Shown here: positions 1 through 9,556 of the stretch, one piece after another | Numbering within the stretch: the first letter of the stretch is position 1 | How the letters are laid out: every line of letters starts with the position of its first letter | From: Elusimicrobiota bacterium | GTDB lineage: Bacteria > Elusimicrobiota > UBA8919 | Direction: 5' to 3' | Assembly (NCBI GenBank): GCA_003452965.1 | Contig: DMMW01000002.1 | Coordinates: forward strand, 43,975 to 107,974 | Length of the DNA: 64,000 nt | Program-made: the position numbers and the translations under genes | The notes under the pieces: model-generated | Told to the model about the DNA's origin: nothing | Database searches by the model: none | Seen by the model: the letters and a program-made list of their open reading frames with translations, nothing else

Positions 1-837
1 CCACATACTTTAGGCAATCCATCTAATATAGAGAAAATATTAAATTTATCTAAGAAATACAATCTTTGGTTTATTGAGGATAACTGTGATGCATTAGGTT
101 CAAAGTATAATGGTAAATTTACGGGAACTTTCGGACATATATCAACATTTAGTTTTTATCCTGCACATCACATTACTATGGGTGAGGGCGGAGCTGTAGT
201 GACTAATGATCCGCTTTTGCGCAGAATAATATTATCATTTCGTGATTGGGGCAGAGATTGTTGGTGTGAGCCCGGTCATGACAATACATGTAAAATGAGG
301 TTTAACCAGCAGTTTGGTCAATTGCCGTTTGGCTACGATCATAAATATGTATATTCGCATATAGGATATAATCTTAAAGTAACCGACATGCAGGCAGCGG
401 TAGGCGTCGCACAATTAAAAAAACTTTCGGTGTTTATAGAGTCGCGTAAAAAGAATTTCAAATATCTATATGATAATTTGAAAAAGTATGAAAAAAATTT
501 ATTACTTCCTACTGCGACAAAAAACTCTTCGCCAAGCTGGTTTGGTTTTCCAATAATAGTAAGAGATACATCTACGTTTAATAGGTCGGATATCGTCAAT
601 TTTCTTGAAGAGAATAAAATTGCTACCAGAATGCTGTTTGGCGGAAATCTGATTAAGCAGCCTGCATATAAAAATATTAAATACAGATTGTTCGGTAATT
701 TGAAAAACACGGATTTGGTAATGAATAATTTATTTTGGATAGGGGTATATCCCGGTATAAACAAAGAAAAACTTAAATATATAATAAGTATCTTTAAACT
801 CTTTTTTAATAATATTATTGAGAAACCAAATAAATGA
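1..837 (+). CDS. DegT/DnrJ/EryC1-family PLP/PMP-dependent sugar aminotransferase/dehydrase, RfbH (CDP-6-deoxy-D-xylo-4-hexulose-3-dehydrase)-like; 5' partial, gene starts upstream of window
   Basis: Frame 1 is open from nt 1 (PHTLGNPSNIEKIL..IEDNCDALGSKYNGKFTGTFGHISTFSFYPAHHITMGEGGAV) into the listed ORF; SFRDWGRDCWCEPGHDNTC and YNLK.TDMQAAVG motifs typical of RfbH/DdhC-type DegT enzymes. Confidence 0.75.
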   Translation, partial: PHTLGNPSNIEKILNLSKKYNLWFIEDNCDALGSKYNGKFTGTFGHISTFSFYPAHHITMGEGGAVVTNDPLLRRIILSFRDWGRDCWCEPGHDNTCKMRFNQQFGQLPFGYDHKYVYSHIGYNLKVTDMQAAVGVAQLKKLSVFIESRKKNFKYLYDNLKKYEKNLLLPTATKNSSPSWFGFPIIVRDTSTFNRSDIVNFLEENKIATRMLFGGNLIKQPAYKNIKYRLFGNLKNTDLVMNNLFWIGVYPGINKEKLKYIISIFKLFFNNIIEKPNK

Positions 838-896
838 TAAACACGATGAGAAAAGATGATGAAAACAGATATACTAAAAATTTCTGCTATGACCAT

Positions 897-912
897 ATCT
901 GTGTAATCAGAT
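897..912 (+). repeat. junction motif ATCTGTGTAATCAGAT (+ orientation), 13 nt before ATG 925
   Basis: direct read of sequence. Confidence 0.8.
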
Positions 913-924
913 TCTGAGGTAATT

Positions 925-1887
925 ATGTTAAACGAAGTGAAATCAGTCTATGACAGAAAAAAGATATCAATAATTACAGGTGTATATAATGAAGAATCGA
1001 CTATACAAGAGGTATATGAAGTAATTAAAAAGGTTTTTTCAGAATTATCGGTAAAATATGATTATGAACATATTTTCATGGATAATTGTAGTAATGATAA
1101 TACACTTCCGATTTTAAGAAATATTGCTTCAAAAGATAAAAGAGTTAAGATAATAACATATTCAAAAAACTTTGGTCCAATTAAAAGTGAATTTATCGGA
1201 TACTTAAATGCAACAGGTGATGCGGTTGTAAGTTTTGAAGGAAATCTCAAAGATCCTGCCGAATTGATACCAACTTTTATAGAAAAATGGGAAGAAGGTT
1301 ATGATGTGGTTTATGGGGTAAGGAATAAAACAAGAGATAATTTTTTGATGTTATTTATGCGTAAATTATTTTATAAGTTATGTTCATCTTTGTCAGAAGA
1401 ACCCTTACCATTAAACGCTGGTTCTTTTCGTATTGTAGATAGAAAGGTGGTAAATGAGCTCATAAAATTAAATGATTATAAACCATATATAAGAGGATTA
1501 ATAACTACTATAGGATTTAAACAAATAGGAATAAATTATGAAAGAAAAGCGCGACCTAGAGGTAGGTCTAAAAGCAATTTAACTTATCTTATAGATTTTG
1601 CCATTAATGCATTTATAAGTTATTCTATCATTCCTATAAGATTATGTACATATATCGGTATTATTCTTTCAGTGGTTAGTTTTTTGGTAGCATTAGTTTA
1701 CGCAATAATTAAGATATTTTTTTGGAATATACAAGCACCGGGTATTGCAACGGTTATAGTATTAGTATTATTCTTTTCGGGTGTACAAATGTTTTTTCTT
1801 GGTATAATTGGAGAATATATAGGTGCTATTCATTCACAGGTGCGAAAGAAACCATTCGTAGTAATAAGCGAAAAAATCAATCTTTGA
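925..1887 (+). CDS. GT2-family polyprenyl-phosphate glycosyltransferase (GtrB/ArnC/DPM1-like) with two C-terminal TM helices
   Basis: N-terminal GT2 fold motifs (ISIITGVYNEE, FMDNCSNDNT, DAVVSFEGNLKDP), C-terminal hydrophobic helices; motif copy 897-912 just upstream. Confidence 0.7.
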   Translation: MLNEVKSVYDRKKISIITGVYNEESTIQEVYEVIKKVFSELSVKYDYEHIFMDNCSNDNTLPILRNIASKDKRVKIITYSKNFGPIKSEFIGYLNATGDAVVSFEGNLKDPAELIPTFIEKWEEGYDVVYGVRNKTRDNFLMLFMRKLFYKLCSSLSEEPLPLNAGSFRIVDRKVVNELIKLNDYKPYIRGLITTIGFKQIGINYERKARPRGRSKSNLTYLIDFAINAFISYSIIPIRLCTYIGIILSVVSFLVALVYAIIKIFFWNIQAPGIATVIVLVLFFSGVQMFFLGIIGEYIGAIHSQVRKKPFVVISEKINL

Positions 1888-1898
1888 TAGAAAATTCT

Positions 1899-3065
1899 AT
1901 GAATAAAGGTAAAAATAAGTTATTACTATTAATTGTAATTAACGTTTTAGTAGTAGTTATTGCAGTTCTATATTTTAATAGAGCATGGTTTTTTGAAGAT
2001 GATATAAGTTTAAATATTTTAGCTTCATTTACTACGGTAAGCCAAGTCGGGAAAGTAGAAGGTATAAGTCAAAACATAATAGGAGTGGATGGAAAAGAAG
2101 GGTTTTTATTACACGGCCGAAATATACCGTTAAAAAAAGGTAGTTATAAGGTAAGTTATAAAGTAAAATTGGTTGATATTGAAAATAATGATGATTCCGA
2201 AAAAAGTATAGGATATTGTAAAGTTAACTTGGCAAATGCACCTAAATATAATAAAAAAATAGAATTAAAAGCAAAGGATTTTTTACAAAAAAATCTTAAA
2301 AAAATAATTATAAATTTTACAGTACCCGAAGGTTACCCCTCAATAGAATTTCAGGTTTTTCAATTTTCTGGCAATAATTTATCAATAGAATCACTAAGAT
2401 TGAATTCAATTATCAGTGAACGTATTCCGTTAAGGACGAAAGAGGTTAAAAAAGCAGTTTTAAATATTATCGGTATGATAGTTTTAATTGCTTTTTTTTT
2501 ATTATTCATAATATTACGGTTCAAGAAGCTGGTATTTTTCATATTATTTATAATAATAGCCGAACTATGGTTTTTGAATATTGAACATTCGTCAGATATA
2601 TTAACTGGTTGTGCGATGTACAGTCCTATAGGGAAATTAGATTCGTTTATGCACATAAAGGCGAACGATACCAAAGAAGGATATCTTGCATATGGTCCGT
2701 ATCTTCCGTTAGAGAAGGGGAGATATAGGGTTAATTACAAAGTATTTTTAGATAATCTGGATAGTGGAGATGATATATCTCGCAAGGTAGGGTATTGTGA
2801 TATAGACATAGAGGGGCATCCTGAACTTAGGAAATTTAGTGAATTTACGGTAGGTAGTTTTAAGAAAAGGAATCCGCAGGAAGTGAGTTTAACATTTAGT
2901 GTGCCTGAAGGCATGCCCAAGACACAATATAGGGTATATCAATATGGTGGCAACAAATTAACGCTTTCGTCATTAAAGTTATACGATGTTGATATAACCA
3001 AGTACATCAGGACTCATTTAGACATATTATTAATTGCGATATTTATAACTATAATTTTTATATAA
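1899..3065 (+). CDS. membrane-anchored protein made of two tandem copies of an uncharacterised ~110-aa domain (TM-domain-TM-domain); ATG at 1899 chosen over overlapping upstream extension
   Basis: Two hydrophobic segments each followed by the repeat YGPY...GYC.IDIEGHP...FTVPEG.PK.QYRVYQ(Y/F)GGNNL; no recognisable catalytic motif. Confidence 0.5.
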   Translation: MNKGKNKLLLLIVINVLVVVIAVLYFNRAWFFEDDISLNILASFTTVSQVGKVEGISQNIIGVDGKEGFLLHGRNIPLKKGSYKVSYKVKLVDIENNDDSEKSIGYCKVNLANAPKYNKKIELKAKDFLQKNLKKIIINFTVPEGYPSIEFQVFQFSGNNLSIESLRLNSIISERIPLRTKEVKKAVLNIIGMIVLIAFFLLFIILRFKKLVFFILFIIIAELWFLNIEHSSDILTGCAMYSPIGKLDSFMHIKANDTKEGYLAYGPYLPLEKGRYRVNYKVFLDNLDSGDDISRKVGYCDIDIEGHPELRKFSEFTVGSFKKRNPQEVSLTFSVPEGMPKTQYRVYQYGGNKLTLSSLKLYDVDITKYIRTHLDILLIAIFITIIFI

Positions 3066-3091
3066 GTGTGATTGTTAAAAAACAACAATTA

Positions 3092-3106
3092 CTGATTACA
3101 CAGATT
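3092..3106 (-). repeat. junction motif, minus orientation (CTGATTACACAGATT), 12 nt before ATG 3119
   Basis: direct read of sequence. Confidence 0.8.
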
Positions 3107-3118
3107 AAATGGATAACA

Positions 3119-5476
3119 ATGAAGAAGATTAAAAGTATAATAATATTATCTGTAGTTATATTTTCAGCTGTTTTATATAGTATAGAGAAACAATGGTATG
3201 ACAAAGAGGGCCATATAAACATACTTAAGACTTGTGCTATGTACAGTCCGATAGGGACGGTTGGAGCAAACGGGCAGATAAAGGCGAACGGGATAGACGT
3301 AGGGTATTTGGCATATGGACCTTACGTACAGTTAAAGGCAGGCAAATATGCTATTAAGTATAAATTGATTTTAAATAATCTGAATATGGATGATGATAGT
3401 GGCAGGGTTGTAGGATATTGTGATGTGGATATAGAAGGTCATCCCGAGCCGGCGTATCATATTGATATGACTGTCGGTGATTTCAAGAAAAAGAATCCTA
3501 GAGAGGTAATGTTAAAGTTTACTGTGCCTGACGGGTTGCCGAAGGTACAGTTCAGGGTATATCAGTATTACGGGAATAATCATATGCTTTTAGGATTGAA
3601 GTTATATCCCAAGAGTTTATCATTATTAACAAGTTTATTAAAGAATAATTTTTTGACATATAATGTGATTTTATTTAGTACGATATTTTTCATATTTTTA
3701 TGCATATATTTTAAAATATGGAAGATATATAAATTGAAACTGTTTTTTAATAAATATAAATCTTTTAAGTTTGATGAATTAGAAGAGCATAATAATTCTG
3801 TTTCAATAAACTTCATTGTACAATTATGTATTATATCATTTTTTACTTTATTATCATTGAATGCTTTTTGGATGAACAGAATGGCTATTCCTGTAATTCC
3901 TTTATGGCAAACTGTATTCATAGCTATTGAAATATCAGTATTTGTGTTAATTATTAGAATATTTAATTTAAGATTGGATATTAAAAAATTTGATATATTT
4001 GATATTTCTTTATTCTTTTTAGTATTTCTGTTTATTTTTTATGTTTTAATAATGCCTTCAATACCCTCATTAATGCCAGTCAATTTCAGCAATGATTGTG
4101 TAACTCATTATTCATGGATGGACCATGTTTATAATAAAAGGACGCTTAATGGTTCGGAAATAGCATTTTATCCGTTCGGATATCATGTGACAACTGTAAT
4201 GTTATCAAAACTTACCGGTATCCCTGCGGTAAAAATGATGAGTATTTTATTGGCATTTGTCATAGCATTATCCACGGCTATTACATATGCTATTATAATA
4301 AGGGTTTTTAATTTTAAGAATGACGGTAAATTAGTTGCATTATTGCCGATATTTACATTTTTTTGGGTTAGAGGATATTATGATTTTGTGTTCAACAGGT
4401 TTTTTCATGGTTCTATGGTATTCAGTTATCTTTTTATGGTGTCGTTTTTTTGGGCTTTGATTGAATATAAAAATTATCCTAAATGGTTCAGTTATCTTTC
4501 GCTAAATTTATCAGCAATAGGGTTGGCTTATTCTTATACATCGTATTTGCCGATGTTGGTTATGCCTTTATTTTTAACGATTTTAATGGAAGATAATAGG
4601 AAATTTACCAGACGGCTTAAAGATTTATTGATTACTATATTGCCAGTTGTTATTTTAAGCATTATTCATTTGAAATCAAAAGGGACTTCCAATCTCGGTT
4701 TGGCTGTATTAAACCATGAAGGATATTGCATAAAATTTAATTTTATGAATTTCGGAGATTTTGGGAATAATGTTAAAGGCGGGTGGTTTTTAATTTTATC
4801 TTTAATTGGTATACCTGTAATAATATCAGGATTTAAGAAGAATATTGCTGTTATAAATTTTACTTTAAGTTTCTTATTGTACTTCTTTCTATTTTATATA
4901 TTAAAACATAATTTTGGAAAGTTTTCATATTATCAGGCGTATAAAATATTATATTTTTCTCCATATATAGCGGTTATTTATATTGCAGCAGTTTTATATT
5001 TTATTAGAAAACAATTGATTAAAATATTTAAACCATTTATTGGTGAAAAATTACATATAATATTATTTATTATATGGTTGTTGATTATTATTAATAAAGC
5101 TTCAATTGTTTATGATATGGAGAATTACAGACCTTGCTATCCAGAAATGTTGAAAGAATCGCATTATTTAACGATTGATTGGGCAAGGAAAAATATAAAA
5201 GAAAATTTTGATTACATATATCATCATCCAAATTTAGGCAACTGGATGCGGCACGGATTTATGAAGGATACTCTTAAAAATATAACACCCGATGAATATT
5301 ATTATCAAGTTTTTGTAATGCCTGTTCAAAAATTATCTGATTGGCTAAATAAGTCCAAAAAAGGAAGAATTGCTGTTGTGGATGATTTAAATACACCGCC
5401 ACTGACTGAGAAACAGAAAAGGCAGTTTGAAATATTATATCAAAAAGAAAATAGCGCAGTGATAAAAAAAATATGA
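3119..5476 (+). CDS. large polytopic membrane protein (about 14 predicted TM helices) with N-terminal copy of the same ~110-aa domain; possible glycosyltransferase/polymerase, function unknown
   Basis: N-terminus LKTCAMYSPIG..GYLAYGPYVQLKAGKYAIKYK..VGYCDVDIEGHP..FTVPDGLPKVQFRVYQYYGNNH repeats domain of previous gene; remainder strongly hydrophobic; start placed at MKKIKS after motif 3092-3106. Confidence 0.45.
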   Translation: MKKIKSIIILSVVIFSAVLYSIEKQWYDKEGHINILKTCAMYSPIGTVGANGQIKANGIDVGYLAYGPYVQLKAGKYAIKYKLILNNLNMDDDSGRVVGYCDVDIEGHPEPAYHIDMTVGDFKKKNPREVMLKFTVPDGLPKVQFRVYQYYGNNHMLLGLKLYPKSLSLLTSLLKNNFLTYNVILFSTIFFIFLCIYFKIWKIYKLKLFFNKYKSFKFDELEEHNNSVSINFIVQLCIISFFTLLSLNAFWMNRMAIPVIPLWQTVFIAIEISVFVLIIRIFNLRLDIKKFDIFDISLFFLVFLFIFYVLIMPSIPSLMPVNFSNDCVTHYSWMDHVYNKRTLNGSEIAFYPFGYHVTTVMLSKLTGIPAVKMMSILLAFVIALSTAITYAIIIRVFNFKNDGKLVALLPIFTFFWVRGYYDFVFNRFFHGSMVFSYLFMVSFFWALIEYKNYPKWFSYLSLNLSAIGLAYSYTSYLPMLVMPLFLTILMEDNRKFTRRLKDLLITILPVVILSIIHLKSKGTSNLGLAVLNHEGYCIKFNFMNFGDFGNNVKGGWFLILSLIGIPVIISGFKKNIAVINFTLSFLLYFFLFYILKHNFGKFSYYQAYKILYFSPYIAVIYIAAVLYFIRKQLIKIFKPFIGEKLHIILFIIWLLIIINKASIVYDMENYRPCYPEMLKESHYLTIDWARKNIKENFDYIYHHPNLGNWMRHGFMKDTLKNITPDEYYYQVFVMPVQKLSDWLNKSKKGRIAVVDDLNTPPLTEKQKRQFEILYQKENSAVIKKI

Positions 5477-6786
5477 AACATATGTCAATTTACCAGTTGC
5501 TTGGGAAAATTCCCAATCATATATGGGTTGCGGTAAGCAATTGGTGTAGCAGAATAATTATTGCAATGGTTCAGCTGGTAAGCATACGAATGCTTTTGGC
5601 TGGGTTTGGAAGCGAAAAATTCGCAGTTTTCGTGCTTTTGACGAGTTTAATAGGATGGTATTCTTTATCAGATATGGGAGTGGGCTTAAGTTTACAGAAT
5701 TATATATCGGAAAAAAGGTCACTGAATGAACCATATACGGATTATTTAAGTTCTGCTTTTGTAATTACTTTAGTTCTCTGGTGTTTAGGTATTTTCTTCC
5801 TTTTTTTAATAAGTCCGGTAATAGCTCCAATTTTTCTAAAACAATTTACTTTTATTAGCGACGCTGAGAAGATAAAATATTTTTTTATAATAGGATTCAT
5901 ATATTTTAGCGTAACTTTAAGTAGTACTACTTATAAAATATGGTATGCCGAGCAAAAGGGATATTTGGCTAACATAGTTCCCGCAATTGCATCTTTAATT
6001 GGTTTATTTGGTGTGTGGTATGTTTTAAAATTAGATGTAGAAAACAAATTGTTGATAGCATTAATTGCATTCACTTCACCGGCGATGATTTTAGGGGTAT
6101 TTTTTTTCTTTTTAAAAACCATTGTATTTTCAAAGTTAAGACTGCATAAAGATATATTTGTATTTAAGAATTTGGTGAATCGTGCTGGAAGATTTTTCTT
6201 TTTTGCGTTGATAGGATTATTTATTACACAGATTGATTATTTTGTTTTGTCACAGACAGTAAAAGCATATGATATAGTTATATATAATATTTCAAATAAA
6301 CTTTTTAGTTTTGCATTTTCAATATATGTTGCAGTTCTTACTGCATGGCATCCTGTAAATGCGGAGATGTATGTCAGAAATGAATTTTTCAATATTAGAA
6401 GATATGCAAAAACATATATAATTGCAGGGATATTAGGAATAATATTGTTTACCTTTGGATTTATGATATTTAAACAGAAAATAATAATGATTTTATCGCC
6501 CCAAGAAAACATAATCATACCTGTTGTATTTATATTATTGCTCGGTATTTATTTTGCAATAAGGATTTGGAATGATACTTTTGTTACATTGCTTGTTAGT
6601 ATGAATAAATTTCGTCATATATTTATTATTGCTCCGATTCAAATTGTAATTTCGGCTTTATTACAAATAACATTGGCATATAAATTCGGGATAAACGGTT
6701 TGATTGTTGGCTTGATAATTGCTTATCTTTCAACAAGCGCTTGGTTTTTACCGAAAGTATTCAAAAAACATGTTTTAATGGATTGA
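5473..6786 (+). CDS. wzx: MOP-superfamily polysaccharide flippase (Wzx-like)
   Basis: 437 aa, about 12 hydrophobic helices, Polysacc_synt-like N-terminus; ATGA overlap with upstream stop. Confidence 0.6.
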   Translation: MKHMSIYQLLGKIPNHIWVAVSNWCSRIIIAMVQLVSIRMLLAGFGSEKFAVFVLLTSLIGWYSLSDMGVGLSLQNYISEKRSLNEPYTDYLSSAFVITLVLWCLGIFFLFLISPVIAPIFLKQFTFISDAEKIKYFFIIGFIYFSVTLSSTTYKIWYAEQKGYLANIVPAIASLIGLFGVWYVLKLDVENKLLIALIAFTSPAMILGVFFFFLKTIVFSKLRLHKDIFVFKNLVNRAGRFFFFALIGLFITQIDYFVLSQTVKAYDIVIYNISNKLFSFAFSIYVAVLTAWHPVNAEMYVRNEFFNIRRYAKTYIIAGILGIILFTFGFMIFKQKIIMILSPQENIIIPVVFILLLGIYFAIRIWNDTFVTLLVSMNKFRHIFIIAPIQIVISALLQITLAYKFGINGLIVGLIIAYLSTSAWFLPKVFKKHVLMD

Positions 6787-6799
6787 GGTATAATTAGTT

Positions 6800-7819
6800 A
6801 TGGAAAATAATATTAAATTGTCTATATGTATTCCAACATATAACAGAGCATATTATCTGAAACAATGTCTAGAAACTCTTATCCCACAAGTAAAGAGCAG
6901 AAAAGATGTTGAGGTTATAATTGGTGATAATTTTTCTTCAGATAATACCAATGAAGTTATAATGTCTTTTAAAACCAGTGATGTCCAAATAAGGAATTTT
7001 AGAAATAATGAAAACATGGGATACACTGGAAATCAAATCAAATGTTTTGAAAATGCATCCGGCCGGTATATCGCAATATTATGCGACGATGACGTGTATC
7101 TTGATGGAGAAGTTGAGGAAATATTAAGTGTAATAAGTAAGCGGGACTATGCATATATAGCGCTTAATTATTATAGTTTTTTTTATAATTATAAGCGTCC
7201 ATATAAGGTGGATTTTGCTCCAGAAAAGGATATTATTTTTGAGAAAGCTTTAAACATATTGAATTATCCGACTGTCGGTCACTATTCTGCGATTGTTTTA
7301 AATGCAAAATTAGCTAAAAAATATTTAGCGGAATTGATAGGACAGGGCAAACATATTAAAGCAGAAAAAAGCCGTGGAATAATTACAGGGTTATATATAC
7401 GTTTGCTTGCAAAGACTGATTTGCCTGCCTATTTCATCGGCAAAAGGAAATTAGCGGCAAGAATTCCTGAAGTACTGGATTATGATTTGCTAAGACATCT
7501 ATGCGTTGATTATTATGATATGTATTATGAATTTTATAAAGATGGATTGATTAGTAGGGAAGATTTAAATTTTAGAATCGGTTTGATATTAGCAATGCTA
7601 CCAAAAGCAATAATTAAAGATTTACATAAATTAGATGATAAAGAAGTAAAAAGAATAACTGAAAAATTGATAGACGATTTAAAATATTATAGTAGTTTCA
7701 AATTTATAAGTTTACCATTGTTATTTTTAGGAAGATTTAAAACTATTAGATATTTTTATCGTTTAATATCATTTTTAGTAGATATAAAAAGAAAAATTAT
7801 AAGAAGAATAAAAGGATAA
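6800..7819 (+). CDS. GT2-family glycosyltransferase
   Basis: LSICIPTYNRAYYLKQCLETL...IIGDNFSSDNT, DDD acidic motif (CDDDVY). Confidence 0.7.
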   Translation: MENNIKLSICIPTYNRAYYLKQCLETLIPQVKSRKDVEVIIGDNFSSDNTNEVIMSFKTSDVQIRNFRNNENMGYTGNQIKCFENASGRYIAILCDDDVYLDGEVEEILSVISKRDYAYIALNYYSFFYNYKRPYKVDFAPEKDIIFEKALNILNYPTVGHYSAIVLNAKLAKKYLAELIGQGKHIKAEKSRGIITGLYIRLLAKTDLPAYFIGKRKLAARIPEVLDYDLLRHLCVDYYDMYYEFYKDGLISREDLNFRIGLILAMLPKAIIKDLHKLDDKEVKRITEKLIDDLKYYSSFKFISLPLLFLGRFKTIRYFYRLISFLVDIKRKIIRRIKG

Positions 7820-7832
7820 GTTCGGGGGTGCG

Positions 7833-8561
7833 GTGGAATTTAAATCGAAAAATAGAATTTATGAGAATTATAATGCACATGCATTAGTATATGAGGATAT
7901 AACAGTCAAAGGACTGAAACGTTGGATAGGTTATTATCGCGCGCATTATTTAAAATTGTTACCAAAAAATAAAAATTCTAAAATATTGGACGTGGGTTGT
8001 GGTTACGGACGGATGCTATATTTTCTTAATAACGAAGGATACAGAAATATATATGGCATAGATACAAGCCAGCAGCAAGTAGAGACCGCTATTCAAAATG
8101 GGCTTAACTATGTTGAACATGCATCTGCATTTAAATTCCTTGAAAATAAAAAGGAACAGTATGATACCATAATAATGATAGATGTTTTGGAACATATTGA
8201 AAAAACTGAGGTATTGGAACTTCTCGATAAAGTATATTTTTCGCTAAAAGCCGGCGGTTCAATAATATTACAACTGCCAAATGCCTTGACACCGTTTAAC
8301 GTTTTTTTATACCAGGATTTTACGCATGAAACGGCATATACACGTGCAAGTATCAGTCAGTTATTAAGTACTACAGGGTTTGAAAATATTAGAGTGTTTC
8401 CGATAGTTCCACATATTCATGGTCCAAAGAGTTTAATTTCACATCTGATGTGGAAGGTTGTTTGGCAAAATTTAATCAAATTATATATGTTGACTGCAAA
8501 TGGTAATTTAATGGGAAATATTTATACCAGCAATTTAATCGCATATGCTGAAAAAATGTGA
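7833..8561 (+). CDS. class I SAM-dependent methyltransferase (GTG start as listed)
   Basis: ILDVGCGYGRML motif I; IMIDVLEHI; LKAGGSIIL. Confidence 0.7.
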   Translation: MEFKSKNRIYENYNAHALVYEDITVKGLKRWIGYYRAHYLKLLPKNKNSKILDVGCGYGRMLYFLNNEGYRNIYGIDTSQQQVETAIQNGLNYVEHASAFKFLENKKEQYDTIIMIDVLEHIEKTEVLELLDKVYFSLKAGGSIILQLPNALTPFNVFLYQDFTHETAYTRASISQLLSTTGFENIRVFPIVPHIHGPKSLISHLMWKVVWQNLIKLYMLTANGNLMGNIYTSNLIAYAEKM

Positions 8562-8590
8562 TTGTTGAAACAATCACTAAGAGGAGTAAT

Positions 8591-9541
8591 ATGAAAGTAT
8601 TAATTACCGGGATTTCAGGATTCGCTGGAAATTTTATGTATGATTTTTTAACCAATATAAAAGATATTGATATTTATGGGATGTATTGGGATTTTAATAG
8701 GAAGAATAATATTCAGAAAAAATTTGATAAAGCAAAACTATGGGAAATTGATATGATAAATGATACACAATTATTGGACAATATACTAAAAGAAGTCCAA
8801 CCCGATATAATAATGCATTTTGCTGCATATGTAACTGTAATAGGTTCCTTTAAGAATCCAGGTCCGATATTTCAAACTAATTTAATTGGTACAGTAAATT
8901 TGCTTGAATCTGTAAGGAAAATAATACCGGAATCCAAAGTTTTGATAACCGGTTCGGCAGAGGAATATGGTAAGGTTCCCAATGATAAACTGCCGATAAA
9001 GGAAGAGTATTCGTTAAATCCGGTAAGTCCGTATGCGCTTAGTAAAAAATTTCAGGAAGATATAGGATTATATTATTTCAATAATTACGGAGTAAAGGTG
9101 TATTTTACTAGAACATTTCATACAGCAGGGCCAAAACAACCGATTGGTTATGTCTGCACCGACATAGCCAAGCAGATTGCTGAAATTGAAAAAGGGAACG
9201 CAAAAAGTATCCAAGTCGGTAATTTAATCGCGAAAAGAGATTTTTCCGATATTAGAGATGTTATAAATGCCTATTGGCGAATTATAAATTACGGAAAAGC
9301 GGGAGAGATTTATAATGTGTGCAGCGGGACATCCGTATCTATACAGGAAATATTGGATAGATTGATAAAATATTCAAACAAAACCATTAAAGTTGAAGTG
9401 GATAAAGACAAATTAAGACCGTCCGATGTTCCGGATTTTGTTGGCGATAATACAAATTTAAAAAAAATAGGATGGAGTCAGAAATATACTTTAGAAGATA
9501 CGTTAAGTGCAGTTTTAAATTGGTGGCGAAAAAGCATCTGA
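8591..9541 (+). CDS. NAD-dependent epimerase/dehydratase of the GDP-4-keto-6-deoxy-D-mannose reductase (Rmd)/GMD subfamily
   Basis: MKVLITGISGFAGN Rossmann start after RBS aagaggag; SPYALSK (YxxxK), FHTAGPKQP, VGNLIAKRDFSDIRDVINAY resembling Rmd VGNLEARRDFSDVRD. Confidence 0.6.
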   Translation: MKVLITGISGFAGNFMYDFLTNIKDIDIYGMYWDFNRKNNIQKKFDKAKLWEIDMINDTQLLDNILKEVQPDIIMHFAAYVTVIGSFKNPGPIFQTNLIGTVNLLESVRKIIPESKVLITGSAEEYGKVPNDKLPIKEEYSLNPVSPYALSKKFQEDIGLYYFNNYGVKVYFTRTFHTAGPKQPIGYVCTDIAKQIAEIEKGNAKSIQVGNLIAKRDFSDIRDVINAYWRIINYGKAGEIYNVCSGTSVSIQEILDRLIKYSNKTIKVEVDKDKLRPSDVPDFVGDNTNLKKIGWSQKYTLEDTLSAVLNWWRKSI

Positions 9542-9552
9542 TTACACAGATT
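9536..9552 (-). repeat. junction motif, minus orientation (ATCTGATTACACAGATT), overlaps stop of upstream gene, 4 nt before ATG 9557
   Basis: direct read of sequence. Confidence 0.8.
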
Positions 9553-9556
9553 CATT

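Noticed and set aside
1722-3118. Upstream extensions of ORFs 1722..3065 and 3068..5476 as listed in the ORF track
   Set aside because: The extensions overlap the preceding gene or run through the junction motif; internal ATGs at 1899 and 3119 give sensible N-terminal signal/TM segments, so shorter starts were preferred.
6223-6234. Exact copy of ATTACACAGATT inside the Wzx-like coding sequence
   Set aside because: It lies in-frame within a membrane helix (ITQIDY) with no flanking hairpin or gap, so I treat it as coincidental or at most a fossil. It is not counted among the junction copies.
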